A stretch of DNA of 64,000 nt from Octopus vulgaris. Taxonomy: Eukaryota. The stretch covers positions 54,002,001-54,066,000 of the forward strand of contig OX597827.1 of the NCBI GenBank assembly GCA_951406725.2. The letters run 5' to 3'. This document shows positions 24,850 through 39,389 of this stretch, one piece after another. Below the pieces are notes generated by a model. The model saw only the letters and a program-made list of their open reading frames with translations. It ran no database searches and was not told where the DNA came from. How positions within the stretch are numbered: position 1 is the first letter of the stretch; every line of letters begins with the position of its first letter. The translations under genes were made by a program, and so were the position numbers.

Positions 24850-25410
24850 AGTATCCATAACTCCCCAGCTATTTTAATGAAACACATTAAAATTATTTAG
24901 TTAATTAGACAATGAAAGATTAACAACACTGGTTGAAGTTTCAAGTTTTACACTTTGGTCATCAGTATTATGTACAGCTCAAATCATTCAGCAGCATTTT
25001 GAAACTCACCCAGGAGTATTTGCAGCATTTCATATAAGTTCACATAAATTGTCCAGAGTCATCATCATTGTTTGGAAGATTTGCTATTTGATAAAGCCCC
25101 AAGCAAATAAATCTAAAGAGGCTAGATCTAGTGATAGTGTTGACCATGGACTGTTACTCCGATTTCCAATCAACTGATTTGGAAACTGTTTATGCTGGCA
25201 ATCCTTAACAATTGTAGCATGAAGACAAGAGGTACTATCTTGTTGAAAAGCAACTATACTAACATGCTCATTTGTAGCTTACTGTGCTTCAAAGAATTGC
25301 TGCAATATCTCACAATACATCTGTTCTCTAACTGTCTTGTCATTGGCCATCAACTTCTGATGAGTTCTAAAGGTGTCATTATGACATTGTACACCAGTTT
25401 TCTCCATTTG
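24850..25410 (-). mobile_element. Tc1/mariner DD41D-type transposase C-terminal relic
   Basis: FQQD-STSCLHATIVKDCQHKQFPNQLIGNRSNSPWSTLSLDLASL-D-LFAWGFIK, with 41 residues between the two aspartates. Confidence 0.8.
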
Positions 25411-25419
25411 CTGCAGCTG

Positions 25420-25860
25420 TGAGCCAGAACTTGGATCTCTGCTAACATTTTGCCTGTCCATTCCTTGATGTTTTCTGTCCATCCTTTCCTCTGTCTGCCT
25501 CTCCTTTTCCTTGCCACTCTTCTTTGAAGAATAGTTTTTGCTAGATCTTGTTATATAATCATACTACCTCAGCTTTCCTTTCTTCATTGGTATGATGCTG
25601 GATTGTTTTGTAAGCTCAAATCATTCATGATATGGTCTATGTACAAAAAGCCCAAGATGTTGTGGTAGCATCTCACATGCATGAAGAAAAATGGACAGTT
25701 CCAGTGCAGGAGTCTCGTATACGTATTTCTCTATGTTTGGTTCAATTTCAATAGTTAAACATCATCTATGCAGTTCTTGTAAGGATTTCATGTTCTGAAC
25801 CTTTTGTAATAACTTGCACCAAACTATCTGAACTGTTTCCCTGTTTTTGTTTTTGTCCTC
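25420..25860 (-). mobile_element. RTE LINE 3' fragment
   Basis: RRGRQRKGWTENIKEWTG is a typical RTE ORF C-terminus. Confidence 0.65.
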
Positions 25861-27739
25861 ATATAGAAATGTCTGTTAAAATGGCATGGTTAGCATTTGT
25901 CATCACTTTGGTTTTTTTCTCAGTGCTAATTTTCATGATTTTGGTAGAAGCTCTAGCAAAGAAAATGTTCATAAACCATGTCCATCCAGACATTGACCTT
26001 TGGTCGGTCCCTTTCCAAGTATTGGATGAAGTTCTTTGAATGTTCATCTTTTCAAGTGCAACAGTTGTGGTGATTTTCTTTTCCACACCTAGAAAACACT
26101 GCTTTATCACTGAAAACAATGTTGCCTGGTAGCTTTTCAACTTGAATGCCACATTCTCTGCAGGAAAATCTTTATGCATGTTTTGTAAAACTTATGAACT
26201 CTAGCTACCTGTTATTCTGCATTTATTCTAAGGATTCACAAAGGATAAATATAAATTACTCTTATTTTAATGCCCTAAAATAAGAATAATGAGGAAGCTG
26301 AAGTGAAGACCAAGTATATTGTGTGTGGTTAATTGGCAAAAATATGACCATCCTCAAATATCAGGATATAAATTACTCTGTTTTCATTAAAATAGAAACT
26401 TTATTGCTATCCTATACATTAGGGTTTGGTAAATTGGGCTACTTGGAAACTTTATGTTATTTTTTTAATGTTTTGATATGGTAACCCTGCATTGTATAAC
26501 AAGTGTAATGTCCAATAATGCATGCTCTTAGAAACTTTTGCTGCACCCATTGAGCTGGTGACAGTTGTCTGTGGTAAAATAGATCACAGAATACTTAAGT
26601 TGGTCATTAAACATCACAGATGATATGAATTCTATCCCAACAAATCATGGAAGGAAAAACATTAAAATGATGATGATGGCTCTTAACATAGCTAATATTC
26701 CGACTGGTTAAGTAATTTAATTTAGGAGACAAAGGGGCTAAGTGCACCTTGGATATCAATTGCGTAAACTTCTCAGAGGCTGTAAAACACTACTTAGAAT
26801 GGTGACTATATTTAGAATGGTGTAAATATCATCAAATTAGATACTCGAGTCTTGCACAAATGATTCTGCAGAACGTTTTGTGGAATTTACTTCCTTTATA
26901 TTTATATTAAGTTACTGTCAATCCAATAAATAAATGATTGCAATTTCTACCAAAAGACAATTATTGCAGGTTTCCATCTTGCTCAAATCTTTGGAACTCT
27001 ATAATTATAATTTTCAGATGAGTTATTACTAGATTATGTGTTAATCAGATAGTTAATTTCATCCTACATGTTTTTAACTATGCTCTATTTCAGTTAATAT
27101 ATTCTCTGTCTATATGAACATTTGGGCTCATGTGTCTTTACTTGTGTGCTGGACCCATCTCTGTTGATGCATTGAAAATTTTTATGTTTAGCTTCACTGA
27201 ATGAAATAAATATTCTCCTTAACAGCAATGTCATTCTCTCCCTAATCATTCAAACCAGAAACTAACACATTCTAACCAGTCCCATCATTTTTAGACAGAA
27301 GCAAAAGGATAGAATGGATGAGTCTACTAGTACACTGGGATATAGTCACCAATGCATAGTTCAAAATCTGTTCACATGAGGATAATTCTTTGAACCTCAT
27401 TCATTACTGAGTCATCCTTATTGCTTGTGACTTTGAAAGAAAATGGTTAAGTGGATTTGATATCAGTCTACCTTCTCAAATCCACTACTGGTATTTCAAT
27501 GTGTATATGGGCAGTAAATGTAATTCAGTGCACCTCAGTTTATCTAGCTGCCAAGAATAGGTATGTGATGTTCTGGAATTGTAACCTGTGATAAAATGGC
27601 ATCCAAGCTAGTGGTAGATTTATCTCTCGTTTGTTTAATATTATGAAACTGGAACTAAATACCGATTTCTATGAGCATCTTAAAGTTCTCCCATGTATAA
27701 ACACCTCATTTTAGTGTCCATCATCAAATGGATATAATT

Positions 27740-27942
27740 GTTTCAAATTTTGGTACAAGGCCAGCAATTTTGAGGGGAAGGGTAAGTTGATTATATCTAG
27801 CCCAATATTTCTCTAGTACCTATTTTAAAGAATGAAAAGCAAATTGGACTGGTAGAATTTACACACTGAACATAATGAGTAGGAAGAAATGCTGCTAGGC
27901 ATTTTTTCCAATGTTTTAACAATTCTGTCAGCTTGCTGCCTT
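27740..27942 (-). mobile_element. SINE family A with TSD
   Basis: Family match. The flanking direct repeat tcaaatggatat(a/g)att at ~27724 and ~28139 encloses the SINE plus the adjacent MITE. Confidence 0.8.
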
Positions 27943-27944
27943 AA

Positions 27945-28134
27945 CCCTTTCGATACTAACCCAACTGAAACCGCCTCTAGATCTGTAGTAAAAATGTCTT
28001 GTTTTCATAAAATCTTCCACCAAACCGTTATGTTCCTAACACTAGCTTAATTTAGTAATTTTACTAAATTCTTTGTTTGATTTAAAACTAATTGAAAGAA
28101 ACAGCATCTCAAAATAAATACGGTAACGAAAAGG
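27945..28134. mobile_element. piggyBac-like MITE
   Basis: TTAA on both sides (27941-27944, 28135-28138); TIRs ccctttcgatac / gtaacgaaaagg. Related copies at ~8495 and ~14110. Confidence 0.85.
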
Positions 28135-28489
28135 TTAATCAAATGGATATGATTAGAAAAAAAGGGAAGAAAATTCCTACACTAATGAGTATTACTAATA
28201 TATAGATCATGTGAGTGAATGAATGTGTGATTGACTTCATTTACTTGGTTATGTAAATGTTTGCTATTTTATTAAAGGGAATGACTGGTCTGCATGTCAC
28301 CCTATATTAGTAATAAGCTCGAGACTTCCTGTTGGTATTTCTTGAAGTGTGCATCTCATAATCCTTTATTTGATACTTTCGTTCTGTTCCTAATTTTAGC
28401 TCTTGTGAAATGAAGATTTAAAAACTTACTGTCAGCCTCATCAGTAACTTGAATGTGATACACTACTCCTTCTTTATTTCATAACTGTG

Positions 28490-28832
28490 ATGTATGTATG
28501 TATGTATGTATGTATGTATGTATGTATGTATGTATGTATGTATGTATGTATGTATGTATGTATGTATGTATGTATGTATGTATGTATGTATGTATGTATG
28601 TATGTATGTATGTATGTATGTATGTATGTATGTATGTATGTATGTATGTATGTATGTATGTATGTATGTATGTATGTATGTATGTATGTATGTATGTATG
28701 TATGTATGTATGTATGTATGTATGTATGTATGTATGTATGTATGTATGTATGTATGTATGTATGTATGTATGTATGTATGTATGTATGTATGTATGTATT
28801 TGTGGTGCACCTGAGCACTGTATACAATAATT

Positions 28833-28900
<68 letters not shown>
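28490..28900. repeat. Perfect (TATG)n tract of ~310 bp, followed by (ATT)n and (TA)n
   Basis: Directly visible. Confidence 0.98.
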
Positions 28901-28904
<4 letters not shown>

Positions 28905-30789
28905 TGTTTGTGTATGTGTTTGTGTGTGTATGTCTTTGTGCATGCGTGTGTGTGTATATACTGTGATTTTTTTTTCTCTTTCTTTAGAAATCTTTTGAAA
29001 GTTGTTTAGCATATTCTCTTTTCTTATATATGAAGAATTTTTGGTAGATAAGAAGATGGACTTTATATAGCAACGTAAGAGGTTCTTGTTTCTGAGTGAC
29101 TCTTTTCTGAAAGTCTTTTGCATATATTCAGTTATGAAAAAAATTTCAGTTTAGGCTGTAGCTAGAAATTATGTACAAGGAGTGACTCAACTACTCTCTT
29201 CGTTTTCAGCTTCTCTGTAGCTAGTATCACCTATTGCAACTGATGCTAAAAAAAGAAAAAGATAAAAAGTTTTGGTAGTTGTGTAAAATCATACGTCTGG
29301 AAAAGAATATAAGTGTTTATAAAGCAATAGTAAAAATGATACTTCCCTTAAGTTTGTAGTAAAGTACTGAATAGTGACTGCATTTGTATTGGAGTATTTT
29401 TGTCATGGTGTGACAGTTTTGGAAATATGTAGCACAGCAGCAGCATGGCAGTGATACTGAAACTTCAAAGTTCCAAGTTACGGTCTTGTCTGGGTTAATG
29501 TAACTCTATTCTGTTGATGTTGGGAAAATATGTCTAAGTCCTGTATAAGGATAAAGTAGTTGAATTTAAGATCAATGGAAAACACACCCCTCTGTATTTG
29601 GATAGGAGTTAACATAGCAACTTTTGTCCTGGCAAATTGCGGGGAGCATTTTCTTATTAGATTTTGTTCTTCAGTGTATTTAAAACCACATTGAAAAGAT
29701 AAATATAAACAACCACTGGAACTCTTCCCGAAGCCAGTACTTATTGTGTCCTATTATATTTTTTTTACATTGAATACTTACTGTACAGTGTGTGTGTGTG
29801 AAGTAACCTGATTAAATTGTGTATATAGTGTCTTTACAGTTATGTGGTTTAATGGCAATGCAAAAAGTTGATAATAGCTGAATTATGTATATATAAAAAA
29901 AAATACTTGAAAATGTCAGAATAGTATGAAATATACAAATTTTGCTGCCAATTTAGAGTTTAATGTTTAACTATCATTGACTTCTGAAGTGACATAGGTA
30001 GGTAGGCGTTTATGACTGAGTGGGGGCAGGTAGAAAGATAAATAAATGGACAGATCAATAGACAGGGAATTAAATTAAATTAACTAGCAAATGGCCCTAG
30101 GCTGAGATTGTTGTTGGATAGACAATGTTGGTGAATTGTATTGTGGGTGTTTTTGGATTTAAAGATTTATCATCAAATGTGCTGTTTGTTTGTTATTACA
30201 TCAATAATTGGATAACCAGACACAGTTACTGTTTGGAGCATGAATACTCTTCAATTTATCAAAATATGTGTCATTCTAACTACTATGTTTTACATCCTAA
30301 ATTATGCACAAAATACCTCCCCAATTCTGTTTTCACAGATCTGGCATGTCTGCACATATTTTCCTGTTGATATTGAACTTTAAATATACAAACTTGTTCA
30401 TCAACTACATCAATCTCATCAACATTAAGTGGAAGGCTAACTTTAGCTAACTTACTTAAAAAAGAGAAAATCAACAATAAACAAAATCTTTAAAAATCTA
30501 ATTAAAGAATAACACTAAAACGTTGAATTGTGCACTTCCTCTTAGACTGTCAAAGTGAAATGTAGAATAGAAAGAAATAAGACATTAAAAATTTACATTT
30601 TCCAAAAGGAGTATTTAAAATTCTTTCTATATCTTACTTTCTTCAACTTAGACCTATGTAACCTTCCTGTACTTCCCCACAAAGCATACGTCCTACCACA
30701 TCTCTCTAGATGTACTTGCATAATTACTATAAGCCAACATCAACCATAATGAAGTCTGGCTTTAAACATATAGATTGAAGGTGGCACCT

Positions 30790-31240
30790 ACTAAAAGCTC
30801 TCTCCCAAGCTGCTAGTAGTCAAATCTTACTCAAAACATACTCTGCCTCCTTAAAAATAAGGCACACTTTATAATGTAGTCCAGAGTTATACAGTCTCAA
30901 AAAATAAATAAGATGGGAATGTCATGGCTGGCATGCTTTTTATATACCTGCTCAATCAAAGCTGACTTAAGACTATTTAACAATCATCTCTGTTTTACAT
31001 CCACTTAGCCTAAAGAATGAAAAAGTATAACCAACCATTACATTCCACAAGAAGCCTCTACACAGTCGCTCCGTATGCTAGAAATAGCAGTCAAATGTCC
31101 CTTGAATTAAATCCTAATGTTTTCAAAAAGAAATGAGATAGAGAATAATGTAGTCTTGGATGTTTGAATTTGTTATAGCTTGAAAGCCTTTGGTCATAGG
31201 TCTTTACGATCAAAGTTGATCTAGGACTAAACAATAAACA
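30790..31240 (+). repeat. Two copies of an interspersed SINE-like repeat (family E, AAC-rich tail)
   Basis: Shared gctagaaatagcagccaaat...ataatgtagtc...atggctgg...cataggtct...ctaaacaa. Other copies at ~40200-40430 (+), 40660-40840 (-) and 62590-62810 (+). Confidence 0.7.
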
Positions 31241-31704
31241 ACATAAAAAATTCACACATCCTGAAAACACCATCTCTTTTACAAACCAGACAGTTATATA
31301 TACATCAAAAGGACTTTCAAAGATGTGTATGCATAAGGTTTCAAAATCAATTACCAGACTGACTGTGTAAGTATAAGAACTGGATATTATAAGAGAGATT
31401 ATAGACTAGTTGCAATTATACTTTTGTGCCAACAAAAATATTATTATTATACAGAAATTGTTACTGCTGATAAGAATAAGATTATTAATCTTATGGTTGG
31501 CTTCTTAGATGTAAGACTGTTTTTGCTAGAGAAGATAATAGAGAATTTAATTGACCCTCAATGTATTACTGATACTTTTATTAATCTGCAGAAAGAATAG
31601 GATATGAAAGGAAACCTGATGAAACTGTCTGTTCTCAATGTCATTATTTGTATTAGAAACAATATGTATTACTAGAGGAAGCAATCAAATGAACTAGACA
31701 AAAG

Positions 31705-32030
31705 TAGGCAAGTGTCCTCTACTGTAGCCTTCAGCCATCCAAAGTCTTGTGAGTGGATTTGGTTAATGGAAACTGAAAGAAGCTTATTGTGTGTGTGTGT
31801 TTGTGTGTCTCTTTGACGTGACATCATGTAATAGCTGTAAATTAACATCACCATCATACAAGCTCTGTTGTTCATTTCCAATCTTCCTTGAAAAATATTT
31901 CTGGCCATGGGTAACAGATGAGAGTCAGATGACAAGAAGGACATTCAGCTGCAGAAAATTCTGCCTCAACAAGTTCTGTCTGACCCATGCAAGAAGCTTG
32001 GAACAGTGAATGTTAAACGATGATGGTGAT
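31705..32030 (+). mobile_element. SINE with family-B body and family-C tail
   Basis: ggcaagtgtcctctactgtagcc...ggaaactgaaagaagc (B), then aagaaggacattcagctg...acccatgcaag...gttaaacgatgatg (C). Confidence 0.75.
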
Positions 32031-35000
32031 GATTCCAAGCAAGCATTTAAATAGATACAAAACTAAATAGATGGCAATGATACAAACTTTCTAATGAATA
32101 TATATACCATAAATTTAAGGAAATACTAATTAACTTTGATAGTCAAGGTCAGTTTACTAGGCAAGCTCTCTAAACTAAATAAGCCATATCATGAAGAATT
32201 TTACATATTTTGAATTCTTATTTTGAAACTTGTTGTTTGAGTCACCAGAGAGAACTGAAATACACTGTCATATGCCTTCTAGAGCCTGGGAGGGTCTATT
32301 AGTGACATAGAAAACGTGTATTGTTTCATATATTTATTTACATTCTTGTTCTCTTTGTTGATTTTTATTTATTTATCTATTTTTGCATGAATGGAAATAT
32401 GTTAGCTTCTACTTGTTATGTAATAGCTCTGAGTAGAAAAAGGCATTATTATACTGGACTTAAAAAAAAATCCCCCTACTTTCAATTATGATTTTTTTTT
32501 CTTTAGCAGGTTAAGAGCAGCACACATATAATGTAGCAATATCTAATTACCTCTGACATGCTAAAACTCAACACCTTGCTCATGGAGCAATGTTTGGGGC
32601 ATTTACTGGAAAACCAATATTAGTATTAAAAATATTTCAAATAAACTATATATTTAACTAATGATAATAAAATACTTCTCTTGGTTCTATGTTGAAATTA
32701 CTGTTAGTTTTATTTTATTACATTAGACTTCGTAAAAAATTTAAAAACACATGCAATTATTGCTTTCTTCGTGTCCTGTATTCTAATAACGTTTATTATT
32801 TTCCAATGGATAGTGTTAGTTTTAACTTAAAAAACAAACAAATGAATCTCAACCTGTCATTCTCTCAATGTAGTAATATGTTAGCATGTGCAACACTTTT
32901 TTTATACTAAAAAATTAAGAGCTGGTCTGGAATTTTAGTGAGATAATTGTGTATCAGGTTCTTAAACAACTGAACTGATCCATTCTGTATGCCCTATGAT
33001 ACCTTGGACTACATTTTGTAGATTCTAATATCAGCACACGGATTGCTTTGTTTTCTTGTATTATAATATTCAGAGATAGGCCAATGGATGTATATAGCTA
33101 CTCCAATGTAAATATACTGATGGGCAAGGTTTTATGCCAATTAGACAGATTTGTTCAAATTGGTCCCTGTGCCAAGAGAGGGCCCTGTACACATGCTTAA
33201 GTGGAGGATGCATTTTGGCTGGGACTGGTGCACTACACAAAGCATAAAACACTAATATTCAGCTTTTGTAGAGTAGAAGGCCCCACTGACAATTCTCTAA
33301 TTGGGCCCTGCACTTTCTAGCACCAGCCCTGCTGATAGGGGAGCAAGAATTTTAAACTTGTTTTATTGAGAGGATTAGTGGCAGTGATTTTTTTCAGATT
33401 CTTGAACTGGAACTTCCAAGAATATTTCCTGACATTCACTTGGACTAGTTCAGGATTTTGGTAATATGTTTATCAAAACATTACTTTTAGAATTCTTTTG
33501 ATTTACCATTTGTTTCTGTCTTGCATTTACCAGCATTTATTTCTATTTTATTATGTGCAATTTGAGTGAAATTGTCTGATGACAATCATTTGCCTTCAAC
33601 CAGCTAAAATACCTTGTATTTACATTACTGGTGCTTTTTATTGACCCCAGAAGGAATCAAATGAGCTAAACCTGTCAGGGTTTAAGTTCAAAATGATCCT
33701 TTCATACAGTTGGTTGGAAACAACAAAAGCAAATTAGTTTAAGATACTTAAGCAAAAGCAAACTCTGTGAAGGTATGTAGAACCTGTTAATACTCTCTCC
33801 TCTCTCTCTCATATGTACATAATATATCTGCAAAATATTTTCCACACAATCTCTATGTCTATGAAAGCACATGATCAAAGTTTACAATTGTTCATTCAAC
33901 TCAACTATGGGACTGACCGAAATTAGCTACATACATTTTTTTGTTAGATTTTCCTTTGAGGAATGTGAGGAATAGAATTAAAAATATTCTGTTCTTCAAT
34001 TTACTTTATAGACTTTTTGTTTAAAATATTTTACTTTGATACCATTTATCTAAATCTACTTTATGATGAAACCAGCCAGCCAAATACAAATCATATATTT
34101 TATTATGAATATATTACTAATCTAATTAGTTGTCAGATTCCAAGTAAAACAAACATTTTTTTTTTACCTATGACAGTTAAATTTTTTTTAAGAAAGGGGT
34201 TATTTGTAGGAATTTTACTTAGAAAATTAGATAAATTAGTTACCTCATAAAAGTTTTTACACATAATGATGTTAATAATGTCGACTATCTATAGTCATAA
34301 AAAAAAATTGATTGTAAGCATCCTAACCAAAAAAAAAAACTACAAAAAAATTAACCATTTTTGTATTATCTAGTGTATATATGTACAAAAGAATCAGGAA
34401 ACAAAAAATAAATTAATTAATATAATCAACTCTCAGTGGATTTTGTTTTTTCTTTCCTTTATTTTTTGTGATGGGGGACGTCTAAACAATGATTATATAA
34501 ACTTATGTTAGCTTTGTCTTATATTCTGAAATTTCATCACAGATTCTCTCACATCAAGCCTAATCTTGACTGTATCTTTGAGTTTATTATTACGTTTAGA
34601 TGTGTTATTGCGTTTAGTGGTTGGTGTTAGGAAGGGCATCCAGCTGTAGAAGCTCTGCCAGATCAAGATTAGAGCCTGGTGCAGCCATCTGGTTTGCCAG
34701 CCCTCAGTCAAAATCATCCAACCCATGCTAGCATGGAAAGCGGACATTAAACGATGATGATGATGTGTATTAACCAAGATCAAGCAATTTAACTCATAAA
34801 TCTCTGTACTCTTCTGTCACTATTCTCACCTACTGACCAATCACTTAACATTCCTTGTAGTAAACAAATTTGTAAAAATATATCCCCAGTAAAAGATTTC
34901 ATTCTTTTGTATATTGCATGGGCAAATTGTAAATTAGTAGTTAATTAGCTATCTGATTTGTAACACTAGTACTATTTTATTTATCAGAAGCTATTAGTTT

Positions 35001-36099
35001 CGTTTAATAAATTAGACATCATACCTACTGCTATCATTTTATTTTTATCAGTTCCTTATATTACATTTATAACTCACTAACTCATGCTCTCCCTCTTTTG
35101 CTCTCTCATTCCTTAATGCTTGCAATTATATGTAAGTTTTCAATATTACCTATGTTTATGTGCAAGTTTTCTCTAGCATAATTTAATAACATACATTTAC
35201 TTTTTTTCGATGTTAAAATATTGTGTTTGTGCATGTGTGCATACATGATTCCATGTATTATTTAGATTTAGATACCTCTGTTACACGCTTACACAGATCA
35301 GATATTAATCTGGTGATAACAAGGAACATCAATTTCAGTGAATTATCACAGAGTGAATATTAATCTAGTGATGTTAAGAAGTATCAATTCCATTGAATTC
35401 ATAAATATAAAAATATTGTAAAGAAAAATTATCTACACCCATTCAATTAATGTTATTTTGGTGATTTATGGCACCTTTTTCTTTCTCCCTAATAATATTG
35501 TTCTCTGATTTCAACAGTTATGTAATTTCCTTGAGAAATACACTCAATCTGCAACAGCATATCAGTCAGTCGTAATTGAGAAATATTATTGCTCTCAAGC
35601 GTTCTTACATGTTTCATATTGATTGTGCTTTAATCTTTGGCCTGGAAGCAGGATTGCGTCTTCATAAAAACAACTCTAATATGAAAAATATCCAATACTA
35701 AGCTTAGGATCTTAAACAAAAGCTTGTTTCTCAGCCTTTTGGTTATAATAACTACTAATTTATCATATAAATAATAGGGATAAATACATTTATCAAATAC
35801 CATACAATATAAATTTTTGATTTATTAAAATTTCTTTGCCTCAAGAGAAATGGCAATTAAGATCAGCTCCACTTGAGAAGAAGAAATAATCTCATGAATC
35901 AAGAATTCTCTAAAGTTAGGTGGTTAAAGAAAAGAACAAGCTTATTATCTGGAGATGAGAAGATATTGAAACGTGTGTTTCTGCCTCAATAAGTGTCATC
36001 AGCAGAACAACTGTACAACCTTATCTCTACTTGATTCATAAGGATGTTGTTCATGCTTGATAGTCTGGTAGTTTGATTATAGAATTTTACTTCTCTTCA

Positions 36100-37700
36100 T
36101 AATGAAATGTTATGGTTGGAAAAAAATTGTTTGTTTTATAATTGTTTCTTCTTAGCCATCAGTAACCTTCAAGAGGTAATTAGCTTTAATACTTTCAAAA
36201 TAAGAAGAATAGGAGTTATAAAATTAATGCCCTTTACTAGGACATTAGTAGTATACGTGCTGTGAAGTAACTAAGACTTGGAATCAAATGTTGTTCATGA
36301 ATTCTGCTTACTCAGCTTTCTAAAGTGCCTGGCTTCTCATTGATACTGGAAATTTATTTTGAATGCTAGCTGGACACTCAATGACAATATTATTTATATT
36401 CACTTTTATGATGGCTACAATTCAAATTCAGATGCTCCATCCTGCAAATTTATTACCCAATTAAGAGAAGGATTTAAGTAAATCCTAATATTACTGAGTA
36501 GTCATAATGAAAAACTGATACAATTGGCAATTGGCACTTACTAGCTAAGATATCATCTGATTAATATTCTGCTGTGGTTGTTATAAGAATCTTATCAATA
36601 TAATCTCTAAAGATGGCTGCAAAATTGGTAAGACGTTTGGTTACTGACCTGACATTAAATGTAAAATGGCAAATGGGAAAGGTATCCAACTATCTCTGGT
36701 TCACATCTACTGCTGATATTTTATGTATTTGGGCAGTACACTTAATTCTATAGGCTTCAGTTCTTCTTGCTGTTGTGAATAAGTGCCAAATTTTCTGAGA
36801 ATGTTACAAGTACTAGTCTGGCATCATTAGTAGGAAGTTTTTCTCTTATTTTCTTAATACTGTGAATTTAGAGCTGATGTATTATCCTTCTGAGCTTTGT
36901 AAGGTTCTTAAATAGTTTTTTTTTTTTCACTCGCCTGAAGGATCTGGGATCAAACACTAGCATTTGGCAGTGTTCCTAGCAAGACCATCCATTAATCATT
37001 ATGAGAGATCTATGAATGGATTTGTAAATAGTTCTCTCACAAAGACCATATGTTTGAACTATACATGGTTAAACTCATGCGTTCAATCCAGTGATAACAT
37101 GCAAATAAGCTTTGATTTTTCTAGGATTGTGAATTTTGTAACTTCATTCTTCATCAGTGAGATACTGAGCATAGTGGTGTTAGAACAGATCAAAACTTCA
37201 AATGAGAATAGCTCATTAGAATGCTAAGTTACCGAAAATCAGTAAATGGTTTAGTAGCTTACATTGCTGAGATTGAAACCATTAACTGAAGAAGAATCTT
37301 TTGAACCCAATGATGGTTGAAGTTTTATCACTTGCTACTCTTGTAGAGATAAAATAGACTAGAGGTTTTGGTATTTTTGGCCTACTAACTTATGAGTTTT
37401 GATTTCAAATGTATTATTGGCATTTTTCTCTGAATTTCTGAAATGAGGAATTATCATTATTATATACTGTTATATTTGGACTATTGTTCTTATTTTGGTT
37501 GTTATAGACATGACATTTCAGTATCCTCCTGCCTTCTTTGGGTGCCTGTCATATTCAGTAATATTTTTGAAGTTTCAAATCAAACATTTTATTCAGTTCA
37601 GGGGCGAGAATGTTCTTATTTTCATTGTCCATTCCTAGGATCATCTTGTCTTACTTATTCTAGTACTTGTGATGCCTCTTGCTTATTTCTCTTGAAGTAG
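36100..37700 (-). mobile_element. Highly decayed L1/Tx1-like LINE relic
   Basis: Only weak motif traces, e.g. ICMLSLD*..FNHV*FKHM (cf. LSLDxEKAFDRVE). Boundaries uncertain. Confidence 0.4.
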
Positions 37701-38479
37701 AATATAGATTCACTCTTTCACAGATTAAACTTGTACTCAGCAAGTAAACTGTGATACTTAATGCTTGGTAATGTTTATATTCACTATAGCACAATGAATA
37801 TAAGAGGTGATCATTTTTTAAAACTCACTGTATACATATGTGAGACCCTATCATATTTAGTATGCAATATGTCCCTGTGAGATAGTTTTCCTCAATCATA
37901 TTTTATTGACCCCTGAAAAGATGAAAGGCAAAATATTCTACAATTTGGGTCTATTATTTTTTTTTCATGATGACAATAGTATGCTCATTGCTGAAGGGAT
38001 GGACTTTATTCTTGCTGCAGTTCTAGAGATGGCATACTGCTAATTTGCTGCATTTCTCTGAGAAATTTCCAGAGAACAATCGTGAGTACCTTTCCAGATT
38101 TAGTGAAGGAGTCTTTACCAAATGGGGACAGAGGAAATCCAAGAAATACATAAATCTAAAATATTCTCCTGTCAGTATCAATCAGCAGTTACAGCCTGAA
38201 ATTTATAGTGTCTGACAGGACTGCTGGCACTACATCAGATACAAGCATTGTGAGCATCAGCTTTGCTCTTGTATCTGATGTAATGCCAGCAAAGTGATGT
38301 GGCCAAAGAAAATTGCCCATTATTGTTGTTGCATTTCACAAAGTAAAGACATAACCCTGTGTACTTTTTTGGTTGAACTTGTGAAAATAATTGTTTCCAA
38401 GTTTTAGCCAAATATTTTGTGTTAAGAAATAGTTACTCAGAATCAAATTGATTTATTTTGCTAGAAAATTCAACTTCAG

Positions 38480-39330
38480 TATTCAAAAAGCACAAGTATA
38501 ACGTGTCTGTACTCGCTGCAAATGGCTGGCTGCCAGCCTTAAACTAAAGTTTAGCACAATACATATGGATTGGAAGAAACAATGATGATTTTGTAGAAAT
38601 AGCCAAACAATATAACACCACCCACACAGCATATTTTGAACATAATCACCACCCCACAAAATAATACAATACATAAAATTACATACCTTATACTACAACT
38701 CCAATAATTCATATTCTACACAATTACTGCCCAATAATATGACACAAATCACACAACCTTGCATTATATTGTCTACAATTACCATCTGGTACCAAAACAT
38801 GTAAGACATTTGGCGCCTACTTTATACATAATCCTGATACTAAAATGCAACATCAGCTACATGGCAATACAAAGTACAATTACCATCCATCGAAATAACA
38901 CAGCTCACATTGCATACAATCTACGCATCAAATAGACAAAACGCTAGAATAACAAGAAACCTCAAAGCAAACCCCACAACTAAGCAAAATTGTTTTAGTA
39001 TACAAACATGACTCTATTCTCAAGAAGACATTCTAGGAAATTAGAATTTCACATGGTAGTGCTGTGGATACCCATATGAAACTGCTGGAGACATGATTAC
39101 AATGCTATGATGTAAGAAAACAAACAGTCTCTCTAATAACAGGTGCTTTGGGAATCAAGCAGACAAATACTAATTTATGCAGACAATACATAATTCACAT
39201 ACACAATATATAGAGATTAATAACATAACTATACATTGCACACGTATTACATAGAATAATCATTTTTTCACTAGAATAGACTACAAAGACCTAGACAAAA
39301 CACTTCATTTATTTAAGGTGTATATAGCTA
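38480..39330 (+). mobile_element. R4/Dong-like (RLE) non-LTR element 3' relic
   Basis: Traces of AQYI.W and LITGALGIK resemble the RLE C-terminus. Heavily decayed. Confidence 0.45.
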
Positions 39331-39389
39331 TGTTTCATAAGAGCATGATAATAACAAGACTTATGAAACCATTAATAACTGTTTTTAAT

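Noticed and set aside
28463-28966. ORFs of YVCM/HTYI repeats
   Set aside because: Translations of the (TATG)n tract.
35290-35400. Diverged ~54-bp tandem duplication (similar small ones at ~48600-48690 and ~63075-63160)
   Set aside because: Two-copy local duplications without spacers; not CRISPR-like and no functional signal.
38021-38081. Candidate exon 2 (ttgctgcag|...|gtgagt)
   Set aside because: The phase-1 frame hits TAA; only a phase-2 entry is open, which is incompatible with the 20862 donor.
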